A DNA stretch of 58,959 nt, counting the filler. It is 4 parts of 4 records of this genome, joined end to end, with 100 filler letters (N's around TTAATTAATTAA, not from the genome) between each part and the next. Parts side by side here need not be neighbours in the genome. Positions count along the whole stretch, not along the records: positions 12,839 to 42,394 come from DRR723986_8388; 3 more parts are not named here. One strand, 5' to 3'. Positions 28,503 to 38,308 of the stretch are shown one piece after another; position 1 is the stretch's first letter, and each line of letters begins with the position of its first letter. The notes beneath the pieces were generated by a model, which had not been told where the DNA came from, searched no databases, and saw nothing but the letters and a program-made list of their open reading frames with translations. The translations under genes and the position numbers were made by a program.

Positions 28503-30026
28503 ATGAAACTGATTGATTTAATACTGAGGTTTCCCTGCCTGCTCGCAACGTGCTTTCTGATCTCGACTTGTCTTTATTGTGGCAGTTCGGTGGCAGCGGA
28601 AAACGACGATTCACCCGACCGACCAAACATCGTCTGGATCATTCCAGATGACATGTCGGCCAACTTTTCCTGTTATGGGGAGACGGCAATAGAAACGCCA
28701 AACGTTGATGCTTTGGCAAAACGCGGAACGCGGTTCACCGATGCTGTCGTCACGGCTCCCGTTTGCTCAACGTGCCGTTCAGCGTTTATCACTGGAATGT
28801 ACCAAACCTCGATCGGGGCACATCATCATCGCAGCGGCCGTGGTGAGCTGAAGATCGAACTGCCCGAGCAGATCCAGCTTGTGCCCAAGCTCTTTCAGGA
28901 TGCAGGCTACTTTACATCCATTAGCGGCTGGCCCTTGAACGGCCGGCTGGGCAAGACCGACTACAATTTTCAGTGGGATTCATCGGTGCACGACGGGACG
29001 GACTGGCGAGAACGCAAGCCAGGGCAACCTTTCTTTGCGCAGTTTCAGACTCAGGGAGGAAAATTGCGAGGCAAGGATACCGCCGGTTGGGATCAGGTGC
29101 AGTCGCGAGCAAAGAAACTCTTTGGAGACACGATTGCTGCCGAACAAGTCGCCTTACCTCCTTACTACCCAGCGCACCCATCAATACTTCGCGACTGGGC
29201 TGCATACCTGGATAGCGTGCGGCTGACGGACGCAATGGTCGGTGAAGTTGTCGAGCGACTTCGCGAAGACAATCTGCTCGACAATACGTTGATCATTTTC
29301 ATGACCGATCACGGGATTAGCCACGCGAGAGGAAAGCAGTTTCTCTACGAAGAAGGAATTCATGTCCCACTGGTGATCGCTGGCCCCGGGGTGCAGGCAG
29401 GTGAAGTCCGTGAAGATGTTGTCGAGCACATTGACATCGCTGCGATTTCGTTGGCCGCCGCCGGGATTGCCATTCCGGATTGGATGCAGGCGAAGAACTC
29501 CCTGGACCCAGCCTACAAACATCGCGACGCTGCATTTTCGGCTCGTGATCGTTGCGACGAAACGGTGGATCACATCCGAAGTGTCCGGACAACCCGCTTT
29601 AAGTACATTCGCAATTACTTACCGAAACGTCCGTACCTTCAACCGTGCTCCTACAAGGATGCCAAGGAGATAGTCAAAACGATCAAACGGCTCGATGAGT
29701 CGGGGGATCTCAACGAAGTTCAACAGTTGGTAACTCGGCAAACGCGACCGTCGGAAGAGCTGTACGATCTTGAGGCAGACCCGCACGAGATCAACAATTT
29801 GGCCGCTGATCCCGCATACGCTTCGCAGCTTGGCCAACTGCGAGGACTATTGAACGAATGGGTAGAATCAACCGGTGATCAAGGCGCCTCGCCCGAACCA
29901 GAGGCAATGTATGACAGCGACATGCAGGCTTACCTTGATCGCGTCGCAAAGAAGCAGCCCGAGCGGCTTGAGGTCCTGCAAAGGAATATTAAGTTAATGA
30001 AAGATTGGGCCGCGCAAGGAATGTAG
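28503..30026 (+). CDS. Formylglycine-dependent sulfatase
   Basis: RPNIVWIIPDD, TPNVD, CSTCRSAFITG, TDHG, ELYDL..DP.E..NLA. Confidence 0.92.
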   Translation: MKLIDLILRFPCLLATCFLISTCLYCGSSVAAENDDSPDRPNIVWIIPDDMSANFSCYGETAIETPNVDALAKRGTRFTDAVVTAPVCSTCRSAFITGMYQTSIGAHHHRSGRGELKIELPEQIQLVPKLFQDAGYFTSISGWPLNGRLGKTDYNFQWDSSVHDGTDWRERKPGQPFFAQFQTQGGKLRGKDTAGWDQVQSRAKKLFGDTIAAEQVALPPYYPAHPSILRDWAAYLDSVRLTDAMVGEVVERLREDNLLDNTLIIFMTDHGISHARGKQFLYEEGIHVPLVIAGPGVQAGEVREDVVEHIDIAAISLAAAGIAIPDWMQAKNSLDPAYKHRDAAFSARDRCDETVDHIRSVRTTRFKYIRNYLPKRPYLQPCSYKDAKEIVKTIKRLDESGDLNEVQQLVTRQTRPSEELYDLEADPHEINNLAADPAYASQLGQLRGLLNEWVESTGDQGASPEPEAMYDSDMQAYLDRVAKKQPERLEVLQRNIKLMKDWAAQGM

Positions 30027-30410
30027 ACGGTTTTTCTTGGCAAGAATTCACAGCCGAATTCCCGTAGCATCCATAGCCCTAGGTTGCCAGATTCTGCCCT
30101 TACTACCGGTAAAGCTCGTACTACGGGACGTCTAAGCAGCCCTTGCCGAAACGGCCCCCTTCTGGACGGTGGGTAAGGTTTGCCGCTTGTTGTGCGTCTA
30201 GCTAGACTAAAGAGTACTTTTGGGGCTCGAAAACGCTCTACTAGGTGGCGGGCTTGCACTCTTGGGGGCCGCCTCTTTTCGCTCTCAGAAGTGACATCGT
30301 TCGTTCCTGCGCCCGGCGATGCACATCTGTACTACTCTTCTCATTGTCAAAACACTTTCGGACCGGTACGGTGAGAATCGGTTTTGACGACATAACTGCG
30401 AGTGAGGTCG

Positions 30411-32084
30411 ATGGAAGACCCAAACCAAACACCTTTGCAAGGAGCGGATTTGCACAATGCAGTCCCTCTACAAGCAAAGCCGGTCAGGGCTGATGGAGCT
30501 GCGCAGACGTCAACGCATTCCGGTAGTGGCGTTGCACCGTCAGCCCTGGGTGCAGTTCATGCTCAACCACTCGCCGCGGCCTCGGCAATTCCGCAGGCAT
30601 CTATACCACTTCCTCCACCCGCTCGGCGAAAGTGGCGGATTCCGATCGCTGCACCAAGCTGGCTGGTGAGCCTTGTGGTGCATGTTGCCCTGATCGTCAT
30701 ATTGGCCGCCGTCACGCTAGATCCAGTTCAGACGGCCATCAACTTCCTCAACGCCAGCACCAGCGCTGACGAATCTGTCGTTGAGGATTTTAGCATCGAA
30801 TCGCCGACACTTGATAACTCACTAGCAAATGCAACTGAGATCGAGCCTGCGACGCCGACGTTTGATTCAAGCGAGACGCTGACCAGCATTACCGCGCCGG
30901 AAGTTACGATGCCCAGCACGTTGGCCGCATCGCTTGAGTCCAATACGCTCACCGAGAGCATCCTGCCAACCGCGGTACTCGGCGGAGTGATGGCGCAGAT
31001 GTCGACGGCGCTGAACAGCCGCAGTGCGAACAGCAAGAGTGAAATGCTGGAGCAGTTTGGCGGCACAGCGGCTAGCGAAAAAGCGGTCGCGATGGCTCTC
31101 AAATGGCTTGCCGAGCACCAGGCAAACGATGGCGGTTGGTCGTTCGATCATCGCCAGATCTGCCGCAACCCAAACTGTCCAGACCACGGCACACTTGCCG
31201 AGGCCCGAAATGGCGCTACCGCTATGGCACTACTGCCATTTCTCGGCGCTGGGCAAACGCATATGTCTGGACAGTACCAGCAGACGGTCAAACGCGGTTT
31301 GGCGTTCCTGATCAACCGAATGCTCGTCAAGCCCGGCAACTTGCCAACCGGATCATGGTGGGAAGATGGAGGGCGAACCTACTCGCACGGCTTAGCATCG
31401 ATATGCGTCTGTGAGGCGTACGCGATGACCGGCGATCCAGACTTGATGCAAGCGGCCCAGTTGTCGCTCAACTACATCATCGCCTCCCAGGATCTTCAAG
31501 GAGGCGGATGGAGGTATCGACCTGGAGAACGCGGCGATACATCGGTTGTGGGCTGGTGTGTGATGGCACTCAAGAGCGGCAAGATGGGGCATCTTGTTGT
31601 GCCGCAGGAGACGTTTCAAAGAACGGCTTACTTCTTGGATTTTGTCTCGACCAACGATGGTGCCAACTACGGCTATACCCGCCCGGTAGAGAAGCCGAGA
31701 GCGGCGACAAGTTCAGTGGGGCTCCTTTGCAGGATGTACATGGGCTGGGAAAAGGACTCGGATGCGATTGTCGGCGGTGTGAAGTACTTGAGCAAACGCG
31801 GCCCGAAGACTGGCGACTTGTATTACAGCTACTACGCCACGCAGGTGATGCGGCAATATGGTGGTCCTGAATGGGAAAAATGGAATCGCGGCATGCGAGA
31901 TCCTTTGATCAAACTTCAGGTCAAGAACGGCCACGCAGCGGGCAGTTGGTACACCAAAGGGCCGCACGCCGAACGAGGCGGGCGACTGATGGCAACCTCA
32001 TTGGCGACCATGATTCTGGAGGTTTACTATCGCCACATGCCGCTGTACAGCGAGAAGACCTTCGAAGCCGATTTTCAGCTCTAA
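30411..32084 (+). CDS. Membrane-anchored prenyltransferase/squalene-oxidase-repeat protein
   Basis: Single TM (SLVVH), S/T/E-rich linker, repeated Q..DGGW / GGWRY / GSW repeats, ending LEVYYRHMPLY. Confidence 0.85.
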   Translation: MEDPNQTPLQGADLHNAVPLQAKPVRADGAAQTSTHSGSGVAPSALGAVHAQPLAAASAIPQASIPLPPPARRKWRIPIAAPSWLVSLVVHVALIVILAAVTLDPVQTAINFLNASTSADESVVEDFSIESPTLDNSLANATEIEPATPTFDSSETLTSITAPEVTMPSTLAASLESNTLTESILPTAVLGGVMAQMSTALNSRSANSKSEMLEQFGGTAASEKAVAMALKWLAEHQANDGGWSFDHRQICRNPNCPDHGTLAEARNGATAMALLPFLGAGQTHMSGQYQQTVKRGLAFLINRMLVKPGNLPTGSWWEDGGRTYSHGLASICVCEAYAMTGDPDLMQAAQLSLNYIIASQDLQGGGWRYRPGERGDTSVVGWCVMALKSGKMGHLVVPQETFQRTAYFLDFVSTNDGANYGYTRPVEKPRAATSSVGLLCRMYMGWEKDSDAIVGGVKYLSKRGPKTGDLYYSYYATQVMRQYGGPEWEKWNRGMRDPLIKLQVKNGHAAGSWYTKGPHAERGGRLMATSLATMILEVYYRHMPLYSEKTFEADFQL

Positions 32085-32344
32085 CCGCCACCTCTTCTCT
32101 TCGTTAGGGCCTACGCGGGCACGCGACTCTAAGCATTCTGAAATCTTTTGCTTTCGGTAAGCAATTCTAAGGCCGGCCTGCGTCATCCACTCACGGAAGG
32201 CAGGCCACTAGCCCAAGCGTGTTAGCCGACGCGCTGGTTCGCATTTTGTAATGCAGCTCATCAAGTAGTCTCGCTGGCGAGCGTTTGGTCGAGCCCTCCG
32301 CAATGGTTTCTTATACCCTGGGCGCTAGGTCAAGTATCGTGGGA

Positions 32345-33301
32345 ATGGACAGAAGTATCGCTGAAACAATGGTGGAAGTGGATAGATTCCATGCATGGCT
32401 CCTGCGTCTGGACGCAGCGGGCGTGCCAATCCGATTCACGCATACCTGGCGTTCGCTTGCAGATGAGCTAGCAACTGCGCGACAATGTGTTAGCCGTCTT
32501 GATGAACTAGGCGATCCTTCTTGGCACAAATTGGCAAGTGCAAATCTGAGTCCCCGGTACACCGCGTGCCTACTCGCGTGGCTGAGCGACCCGCGACCCG
32601 AACAACTAGAAGGCCTCATTCGAGCCGAGTCTGCTCGCTTCGAACATCGCAGGCACGCTTGGGTGGCCTGGGCCGGCGCAGGAGTGCTTGCCCTGGTTGG
32701 TCTCTTTGCGCTGTGGATCGTTATTGTGGCCCACGTACCGCAGTACCAAATGATTGCGGCATCCCAAGATATGGGTGATACGTTCTTTCTTTCCCGAATG
32801 CTGCAAGCTTCGCCAAGCTTCTTGCATGTGCTTCTCGTTGTTATCGCGGCGGGGCTTATCGCTACTTCAGTGTTTACAGTGCGTCGCTCCATGCGTGCAC
32901 CAGCTCTGCAGAACAACATCGACAACGCACTACTGGCACGAGCTGCCGCAGTTACGGCCAAACTTGATCTTGATGATTCGCAAGTGCGAGAGAGTGTTGC
33001 ATACACTCCGCTCCAACAATGGGCCTCATTGAGTGAGCAGCCGTCCAAGATGGCTGAGGTTCCTGGCGAAGAACAATCAAGTGCGACCTCCAGTCTAGAT
33101 GGTCCTGTAGCCGGTTTGGCAGATCGACGCAGTTTTTCCTCTCAAGGGCACCAATGGATGCTGGAGGCCGTCACGGCGAGAAGCTTCCGACGCGGCCCAA
33201 TGCTGGTTTCGGTCGTTGTTGGCGGTCTATTTGCGCTGGCAGTCGGTGGGCTCGTATTCGGCGCGATGGCGGAATTAATCGTCGTAATCTCAGGGCAATG
33301 A
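32345..33301 (+). CDS. Highly divergent PilC/GspF-like platform protein (paralog 1)
   Basis: AGVP in first cytoplasmic domain; three-TM layout with HVPQY loop and PMLVSVVVGG..FGAMAEL end as in GspF; start uncertain (32285-32369). Confidence 0.55.
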   Translation: MDRSIAETMVEVDRFHAWLLRLDAAGVPIRFTHTWRSLADELATARQCVSRLDELGDPSWHKLASANLSPRYTACLLAWLSDPRPEQLEGLIRAESARFEHRRHAWVAWAGAGVLALVGLFALWIVIVAHVPQYQMIAASQDMGDTFFLSRMLQASPSFLHVLLVVIAAGLIATSVFTVRRSMRAPALQNNIDNALLARAAAVTAKLDLDDSQVRESVAYTPLQQWASLSEQPSKMAEVPGEEQSSATSSLDGPVAGLADRRSFSSQGHQWMLEAVTARSFRRGPMLVSVVVGGLFALAVGGLVFGAMAELIVVISGQ

Positions 33302-33332
33302 AGAAGTAGGGCGTGGAGCCCTGGGAAATTGA

Positions 33333-34559
33333 ATGGCTGAGCACATGAGAACATTCCAGTACATCTTGATTGATTCTGACGGGCAGCAACGTCATGGCGT
33401 GGTGCAAGCAGAATCGCTGGTTCGGGCAATCGAGAAGCTTGAGGCCGATGGGCACGAGATCAAGGCAATCGAGGAAACACTTCCACAACCCGTGGAACCG
33501 GGACGGGAGCACTCAGCCGATGCTGAGGATTCCAGAGTCCAGGAGACTGCGACGCATTGTATTGATCTAGTTTGCAGCTCGGTAAATGAAATCGATGAGT
33601 GGTCAGGTGCGATGGAACCGCTCGCCGCTTCGTGGCCCACTGGTGACTTGGGGCGTGAGGTACGAGGTATCAAACGCGACATTGCCTCCTTCCGAAATGG
33701 CGTTTCCGCTTCCACGTCGAGCATGAATGACATAGCGATCGGAAAACGCCTCGCCCGTGCTCTACCGTATGCGATGCAAGATGAAGGTGCGTCGCTCGAA
33801 GGGTGGGCACGCGCTGTCAAACATGAATCGGAAAGAAGCGGTCGGCTGACACGGATGCTGATTTATCCGATCGTCTTGGGCGCCGTCGCATTCGCCGTAT
33901 GCCTTTGGATCACCTTTTTCGTCATCCCAATCTTCGCTGAGATGTTTGATGAATTCGCGTTGGAGTTACCTCCGGTGACGCAGTTGCTATTCGATGTTTC
34001 TCGCACAGTAACGGGCCACCTCCCCGCAGTGCTAATAGGTTGCTTCCTTGTCGCAGCAGCCATCATTGCAGCGATCTACTATCTGCGAAAGCTGGCCCTT
34101 CCGACTCGATTGTTCGGTTCATGGGCTTCAGGAACATCCGAGGCCCTTGCGTCAACGTCATTCTTCTCGCAGAGCTTGGCAGAGCTGATCAGAAAGGGCG
34201 TTTCGACTTCCGAAGCCCTAGAGTTCGCTGGCAGATACTCCGGCCACGCAACTCTCTGCGAGGATGCTCTGCGGCTAGCTCGTTTGGTTGAGAATGGCGC
34301 GAGCCAAGAAACACTGGAGCGTTCATCCACGTTTGTGCCTCCAACGGTCACGCGAGCACTGTTCGCCAAGAGCGGCAAACCCAGTGTTCAGTTGCTTGAT
34401 CAGATCTCAGCGAGCTACTTGGAACGAAGCGAGAAAACCGCTTCAACGCTTGTATATCTATTCCCGCCCGTTGCGATCATTTGCATCGGTATCTTTGTTG
34501 GCTTCGTCCTGCTCACACTGTTTGCACCGCTGGTAAAGATGGTCTCCAGCTTGGCCTAG
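33333..34559 (+). CDS. PilC/GspF-family platform protein (paralog 2)
   Basis: FQY..DSDG...G.V.AES N-terminus, IYPIVL, VIPIFAEMF...LPPVT, C-terminal P..I..G..V...LFAPL. Confidence 0.85.
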   Translation: MAEHMRTFQYILIDSDGQQRHGVVQAESLVRAIEKLEADGHEIKAIEETLPQPVEPGREHSADAEDSRVQETATHCIDLVCSSVNEIDEWSGAMEPLAASWPTGDLGREVRGIKRDIASFRNGVSASTSSMNDIAIGKRLARALPYAMQDEGASLEGWARAVKHESERSGRLTRMLIYPIVLGAVAFAVCLWITFFVIPIFAEMFDEFALELPPVTQLLFDVSRTVTGHLPAVLIGCFLVAAAIIAAIYYLRKLALPTRLFGSWASGTSEALASTSFFSQSLAELIRKGVSTSEALEFAGRYSGHATLCEDALRLARLVENGASQETLERSSTFVPPTVTRALFAKSGKPSVQLLDQISASYLERSEKTASTLVYLFPPVAIICIGIFVGFVLLTLFAPLVKMVSSLA

Positions 34560-34609
34560 TCGACAGCATTGTTCCATTCTTACACTTTTGTTTTGACCAC
34601 ATTTGAGCC

Positions 34610-35752
34610 ATGTCACAAGACGTTTTACAGCCAATAGATGCTCAAGGCAGCCGGCGAATTCTCGGTGGTTTTACCCAGTGGTGCGTGACCGGCCTAGGCA
34701 ATCGCTGGCGTTACACACCATGGTGGCTGCCCAGCAGCGTGGCCCAATCGCAAACTGCATTGCTGCGCGTACTCCAGGCTGCCAATCAAGATCAATTGGA
34801 GATAGCTCCCCTGGTTGAAACGCTGGCACACGAACATCGTCGATCGGCTCGCTGGCGATTTAAAGTCTTGGCTCGCAAGCTTCGCACTGGTATGCCGACG
34901 ATTACGGCGATTGAGCAAGTGCCCGACGCGCTCCGCAGTAATGAAGTCACCATGATACGTCTGGGCCTTCAATGCGGCGTGGTATCGCAGGCCTACGAGC
35001 AGATGCTGGCGACGCGGAGTCTGGAAGATCAGCATCGGGTCTCGTGGAGACATTATGCAGTCTACTCAGTGGTTTTGATCTGCTTCATCATCTTGATGAC
35101 GGCTTTCTTGGCTGCATTTATTGCACCAACCATTTCTGAGATCATGGAGGAACTTGGCATTGAGCCAACGCCTTCGCACATGCGGTTCCGCGAAGTCATG
35201 AGCCTGAGCATCTTTCCCGTTCTTGCGTTTCTCGTTCCGCTGGTTGGTTTAGCCCTGCTGATATTTGCTGTCCGCGTTCCAGTACAAGCGTTTGTTCGCA
35301 GGCGAATACTGCGTCCGCTCACTCCTGGGCATCGGTTTGAAGATGTCACCGAGTTGCTGGATATGCTGTCGCTCATCATGCGAAATGGACGCCCTGTTCA
35401 GGCCGCGATTTCTTCATTGGCGAAGTACCACCACGCCCCTCGAATTCGCAACCAGTTGTTGTTCGTGCGAAACGAAATAGATCACGGCGTGAATGCCGTT
35501 GAAGCACTTCGGCAAGTTGGTCTGTTGCCCGATAAAGCGGCGAGAGCGATTCTGAGTTGCGATTCGACCACGGATCGAGGATGGCTAATGAAAGAGATTG
35601 TTGCATGGCGACGCGGACGGGCAAGACACTGGCGAAATATGATTTCTGTCGTCGCTGGCCCCATGTTTGTCGTGCTCTGCGGCATCGTTGTTTTCTGGAG
35701 CGTTGTCGCGATCTTTAGCGTGCTTCTCCGACTTACACTTTCGTTGAGCTAA
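34610..35752 (+). CDS. PilC/GspF-family platform protein (paralog 3)
   Basis: LRTGMP..AIEQVP, FIAPTI..IMEELG, IDHG...EAL..GLLP, GPMFVVLCG..V. Confidence 0.8.
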   Translation: MSQDVLQPIDAQGSRRILGGFTQWCVTGLGNRWRYTPWWLPSSVAQSQTALLRVLQAANQDQLEIAPLVETLAHEHRRSARWRFKVLARKLRTGMPTITAIEQVPDALRSNEVTMIRLGLQCGVVSQAYEQMLATRSLEDQHRVSWRHYAVYSVVLICFIILMTAFLAAFIAPTISEIMEELGIEPTPSHMRFREVMSLSIFPVLAFLVPLVGLALLIFAVRVPVQAFVRRRILRPLTPGHRFEDVTELLDMLSLIMRNGRPVQAAISSLAKYHHAPRIRNQLLFVRNEIDHGVNAVEALRQVGLLPDKAARAILSCDSTTDRGWLMKEIVAWRRGRARHWRNMISVVAGPMFVVLCGIVVFWSVVAIFSVLLRLTLSLS

Positions 35753-35765
35753 AGGGAGGTTCTCC

Positions 35766-36362
35766 GTGGACATGAATCCTAAGCCCGCAAGGCGTGCCGC
35801 CCAATCGTCACATCTGCGCGTCCGCCGTGCCGGGAACGTTATTCCCACAACCTCTGCGCGTGATGGCATATCACTCGTCGAAGTGCTGGTAGCTGGCTCT
35901 TTAGTGTGCGTCATTGCCAGTCTAGTTGGCGTGATTCATATCGCTGGGCAGAAGGCTACGATGCAGGTTCGGCATATGCGACTGGCGACCGATGAAGCGA
36001 ACAACCAGATCAGCCGACTTGTCATGGTACCGCCAGGTGATATGAATCAGTTATGCAAAGAAGTTCACGCGAGTGATGAATTGCGGTCTGTGTTTCCCGA
36101 TGCAAAAACAGTTGCGACACTCGGCAGTGATGAAACAATGCGTTGGGTGAATGTCGAAGTGCGATGGGGCGAGCGGCCTGGCGAGTTGGTGTCGTTGTCT
36201 GCTCCCATCGAGCTATCGGTTCCGGGTGCTTCTCCCTCTCCACCTGCAGAGGCAGAGTCGCCGACAGAGACAGAGTTACCAGCAGACGAAGCTACGCCCG
36301 TTGCAGCAGAAACCGCGATCGACCCACCCACCAATACTGAAGACAACAAGGAGGAAAACTGA
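35766..36362 (+). CDS. Minor prepilin, GspI/PilV-like
   Basis: Basic leader then G|ISLVEVLVA class III signal peptide; acidic C-terminal tail. Confidence 0.75.
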   Translation: MDMNPKPARRAAQSSHLRVRRAGNVIPTTSARDGISLVEVLVAGSLVCVIASLVGVIHIAGQKATMQVRHMRLATDEANNQISRLVMVPPGDMNQLCKEVHASDELRSVFPDAKTVATLGSDETMRWVNVEVRWGERPGELVSLSAPIELSVPGASPSPPAEAESPTETELPADEATPVAAETAIDPPTNTEDNKEEN

Positions 36363-36363
36363 A

Positions 36364-36897
36364 ATGCACCTCAGGAAACGACTTGCATTTAGCCTCGTTG
36401 AGTTGCTTGTTGCCCTGGCGGCAGCTTCTACCGTCATGCTGGTCGCCGTGGAAATCATCGACCGGAGTTTTAGGCTGCATCGCACGAGCCGCGATTCAAG
36501 CCAACATGCGGCAACCATGGAACGCCTGGTTTGGCAATTGCGTCAGGACTGCAGCAGGGCTGATAAGCTCAAGATGCCAAACAGCACGAGCCTGGAATTC
36601 AAACTTGACCGCGCCCTGGTCACATATTCCATCATGGACGATAGCGGCACGGAAGTTTCCAGGCGAGTAGTAGACTCCGGTGGAGCTAAGGCGTTCGACG
36701 CTTTCAATCTAGGCGAAAACATTGCGGTGCTTGAGAATTCCACCGAAACGTCTGGGCAGCTTCTTATTTATCGACCAACTGTTTCCAAGGTCCAGCCACA
36801 GGTTTTGGAGCGATTTGTCGAACTAGCGACAGAATTCACACAGAACACAGAGACTGCACCTGAGTCAACCAAAGAGGAGGACAGCGATGAGCCGTAG
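36364..36897 (+). CDS. Minor prepilin, GspJ/PilW-like
   Basis: MHLRKRLA|FSLVELLVA; RL..QLRQD helix motif; ATG 36364 after GGAGG. Confidence 0.8.
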   Translation: MHLRKRLAFSLVELLVALAAASTVMLVAVEIIDRSFRLHRTSRDSSQHAATMERLVWQLRQDCSRADKLKMPNSTSLEFKLDRALVTYSIMDDSGTEVSRRVVDSGGAKAFDAFNLGENIAVLENSTETSGQLLIYRPTVSKVQPQVLERFVELATEFTQNTETAPESTKEEDSDEP

Positions 36898-37375
36898 CAG
36901 GAACCTAAGAGTTCGTCGGCGGGGTGCTGTGATCGTTGCTGTGCTGGTCTGCTGCATCGTGGGAGTAAGCCTGGCTTGTACATCATTGAGTCAGGCTGTC
37001 CGATCGCGACGCGAAACTCGCGAGAGGATCCAACGTGACCAGACGCGGTTGCTCGTCGACGCCGGCGCTCGGTTTGCGAAAGCGTCTGTCGACCTTGCTC
37101 AACTGCCGACCGGCGAGCAACTGGAGCTTGATGCCCATTCGGCCTACCCTGACGCGCAAACCGCGACACTAACACTGAACCGCATCGAGCAAGACAGCAG
37201 TGAATCCACGGGGGAATTGCGGATCCTAGTGACCGCAACCTTGGCCAGCGCGGGTGAGCAACCGTTTGTGACACGCCTGTCCCGTGAAATAACACTGGAT
37301 GGTCGTGCTGAAACAGAGGGTGGCAACTCGCCCGATCCAGACGAATCAACCGCCGAAGAAAACACTCTTGAATAA
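36887..37375 (+). CDS. Minor prepilin, GspK/PilX-like
   Basis: RRRG|AVIVAVLV with no Glu at +5; Q..LLVDAG helix. Confidence 0.72.
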   Translation: MSRSRNLRVRRRGAVIVAVLVCCIVGVSLACTSLSQAVRSRRETRERIQRDQTRLLVDAGARFAKASVDLAQLPTGEQLELDAHSAYPDAQTATLTLNRIEQDSSESTGELRILVTATLASAGEQPFVTRLSREITLDGRAETEGGNSPDPDESTAEENTLE

Positions 37376-37447
37376 ATTAATCGATCCGTAGCGTCAAACT
37401 ATTAGCTACGGCACAACAAAACATCGAAACTGAAGTAAGGAATAGAG

Positions 37448-38308
37448 ATGTCCAGTACAACAACGCGTAAGCGACTGGGATTCACACTTGTCGAACTTCT
37501 CGTCGTGATTGCAATCATCGGCATTTTAGTTGGCCTGTTGTTGCCAGCCGTTCAGGCAGCACGTGAGGCGGCTCGCCGTGCTAGTTGCTCAAACAACCTG
37601 ATGCAACTTGGCATTGCTGTTCACCACCACGAGTTTGCGGTTGAAACGTTGCCTTCGGGCAGCATCAATGATGCTGGCCCAATTCGAAACGAAGCCAAGG
37701 GCCAGCACGTCAGTTGGCTAGTTCAGATTCTTCCTTTTGCAGAAGAAACCAATGCTTACAATCGCTTCAACATAGAAGCTGGTGCATACGCACCTGAAAA
37801 TGATGCCGTCCGAAAGCACAGATTCCCGTTGGCAATGTGTCCATCTTCACCATTCCCATACCATGACGGTGGCGTTGCTCTGAATAGTTACGTTGCCTGC
37901 AGCAATGGTGCAGAGGCGCCCATCGATGCCGACAATGATGGGCTGTTCTATATGAATAGCAAGGTACGGTTTCGAGACATTTCGGACGGTTCCAGCTATA
38001 CATTGATGCTTGGAGAATCACTGCCCAGCAATGTTTCCCTTGGCTGGACTTCAGGAACGCGCAGCACTCTACGGACTGCATCGTCGATAAATGCTCTGTC
38101 GCGGGCATACCGCAGCGGCGAGCTTCAGCGGTACGAAGAAAAGATTGACTCAAATCTGTACGTTGGTGGCTTTGATAGCGACCACACCGGCGGTGCCCAG
38201 TTCGTGCTCGGTGATGGTTCAGTTCGCTTTTTGTCGCAGAACATTGATCAGCAGACATTTCTGCTCATGGGCAGCAGGGCTGATGGCGAAATGATCGAAG
38301 CACCGTAG
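37448..38308 (+). CDS. DUF1559 prepilin-type protein
   Basis: G|FTLVELLVVIAIIGILVGLLLPAVQAAREAARR..C.NN; CPS; DGSS.T..GE; H-x9-DG (HTGGAQFVLGDGSV). Confidence 0.95.
   Translation: MSSTTTRKRLGFTLVELLVVIAIIGILVGLLLPAVQAAREAARRASCSNNLMQLGIAVHHHEFAVETLPSGSINDAGPIRNEAKGQHVSWLVQILPFAEETNAYNRFNIEAGAYAPENDAVRKHRFPLAMCPSSPFPYHDGGVALNSYVACSNGAEAPIDADNDGLFYMNSKVRFRDISDGSSYTLMLGESLPSNVSLGWTSGTRSTLRTASSINALSRAYRSGELQRYEEKIDSNLYVGGFDSDHTGGAQFVLGDGSVRFLSQNIDQQTFLLMGSRADGEMIEAP

Noticed and set aside
30411-32084. Squalene-hopene cyclase / terpene cluster with the MMPL transporter
   Set aside because: No DxDD catalytic motif, a single barrel behind a TM anchor, and no terpene precursor genes.
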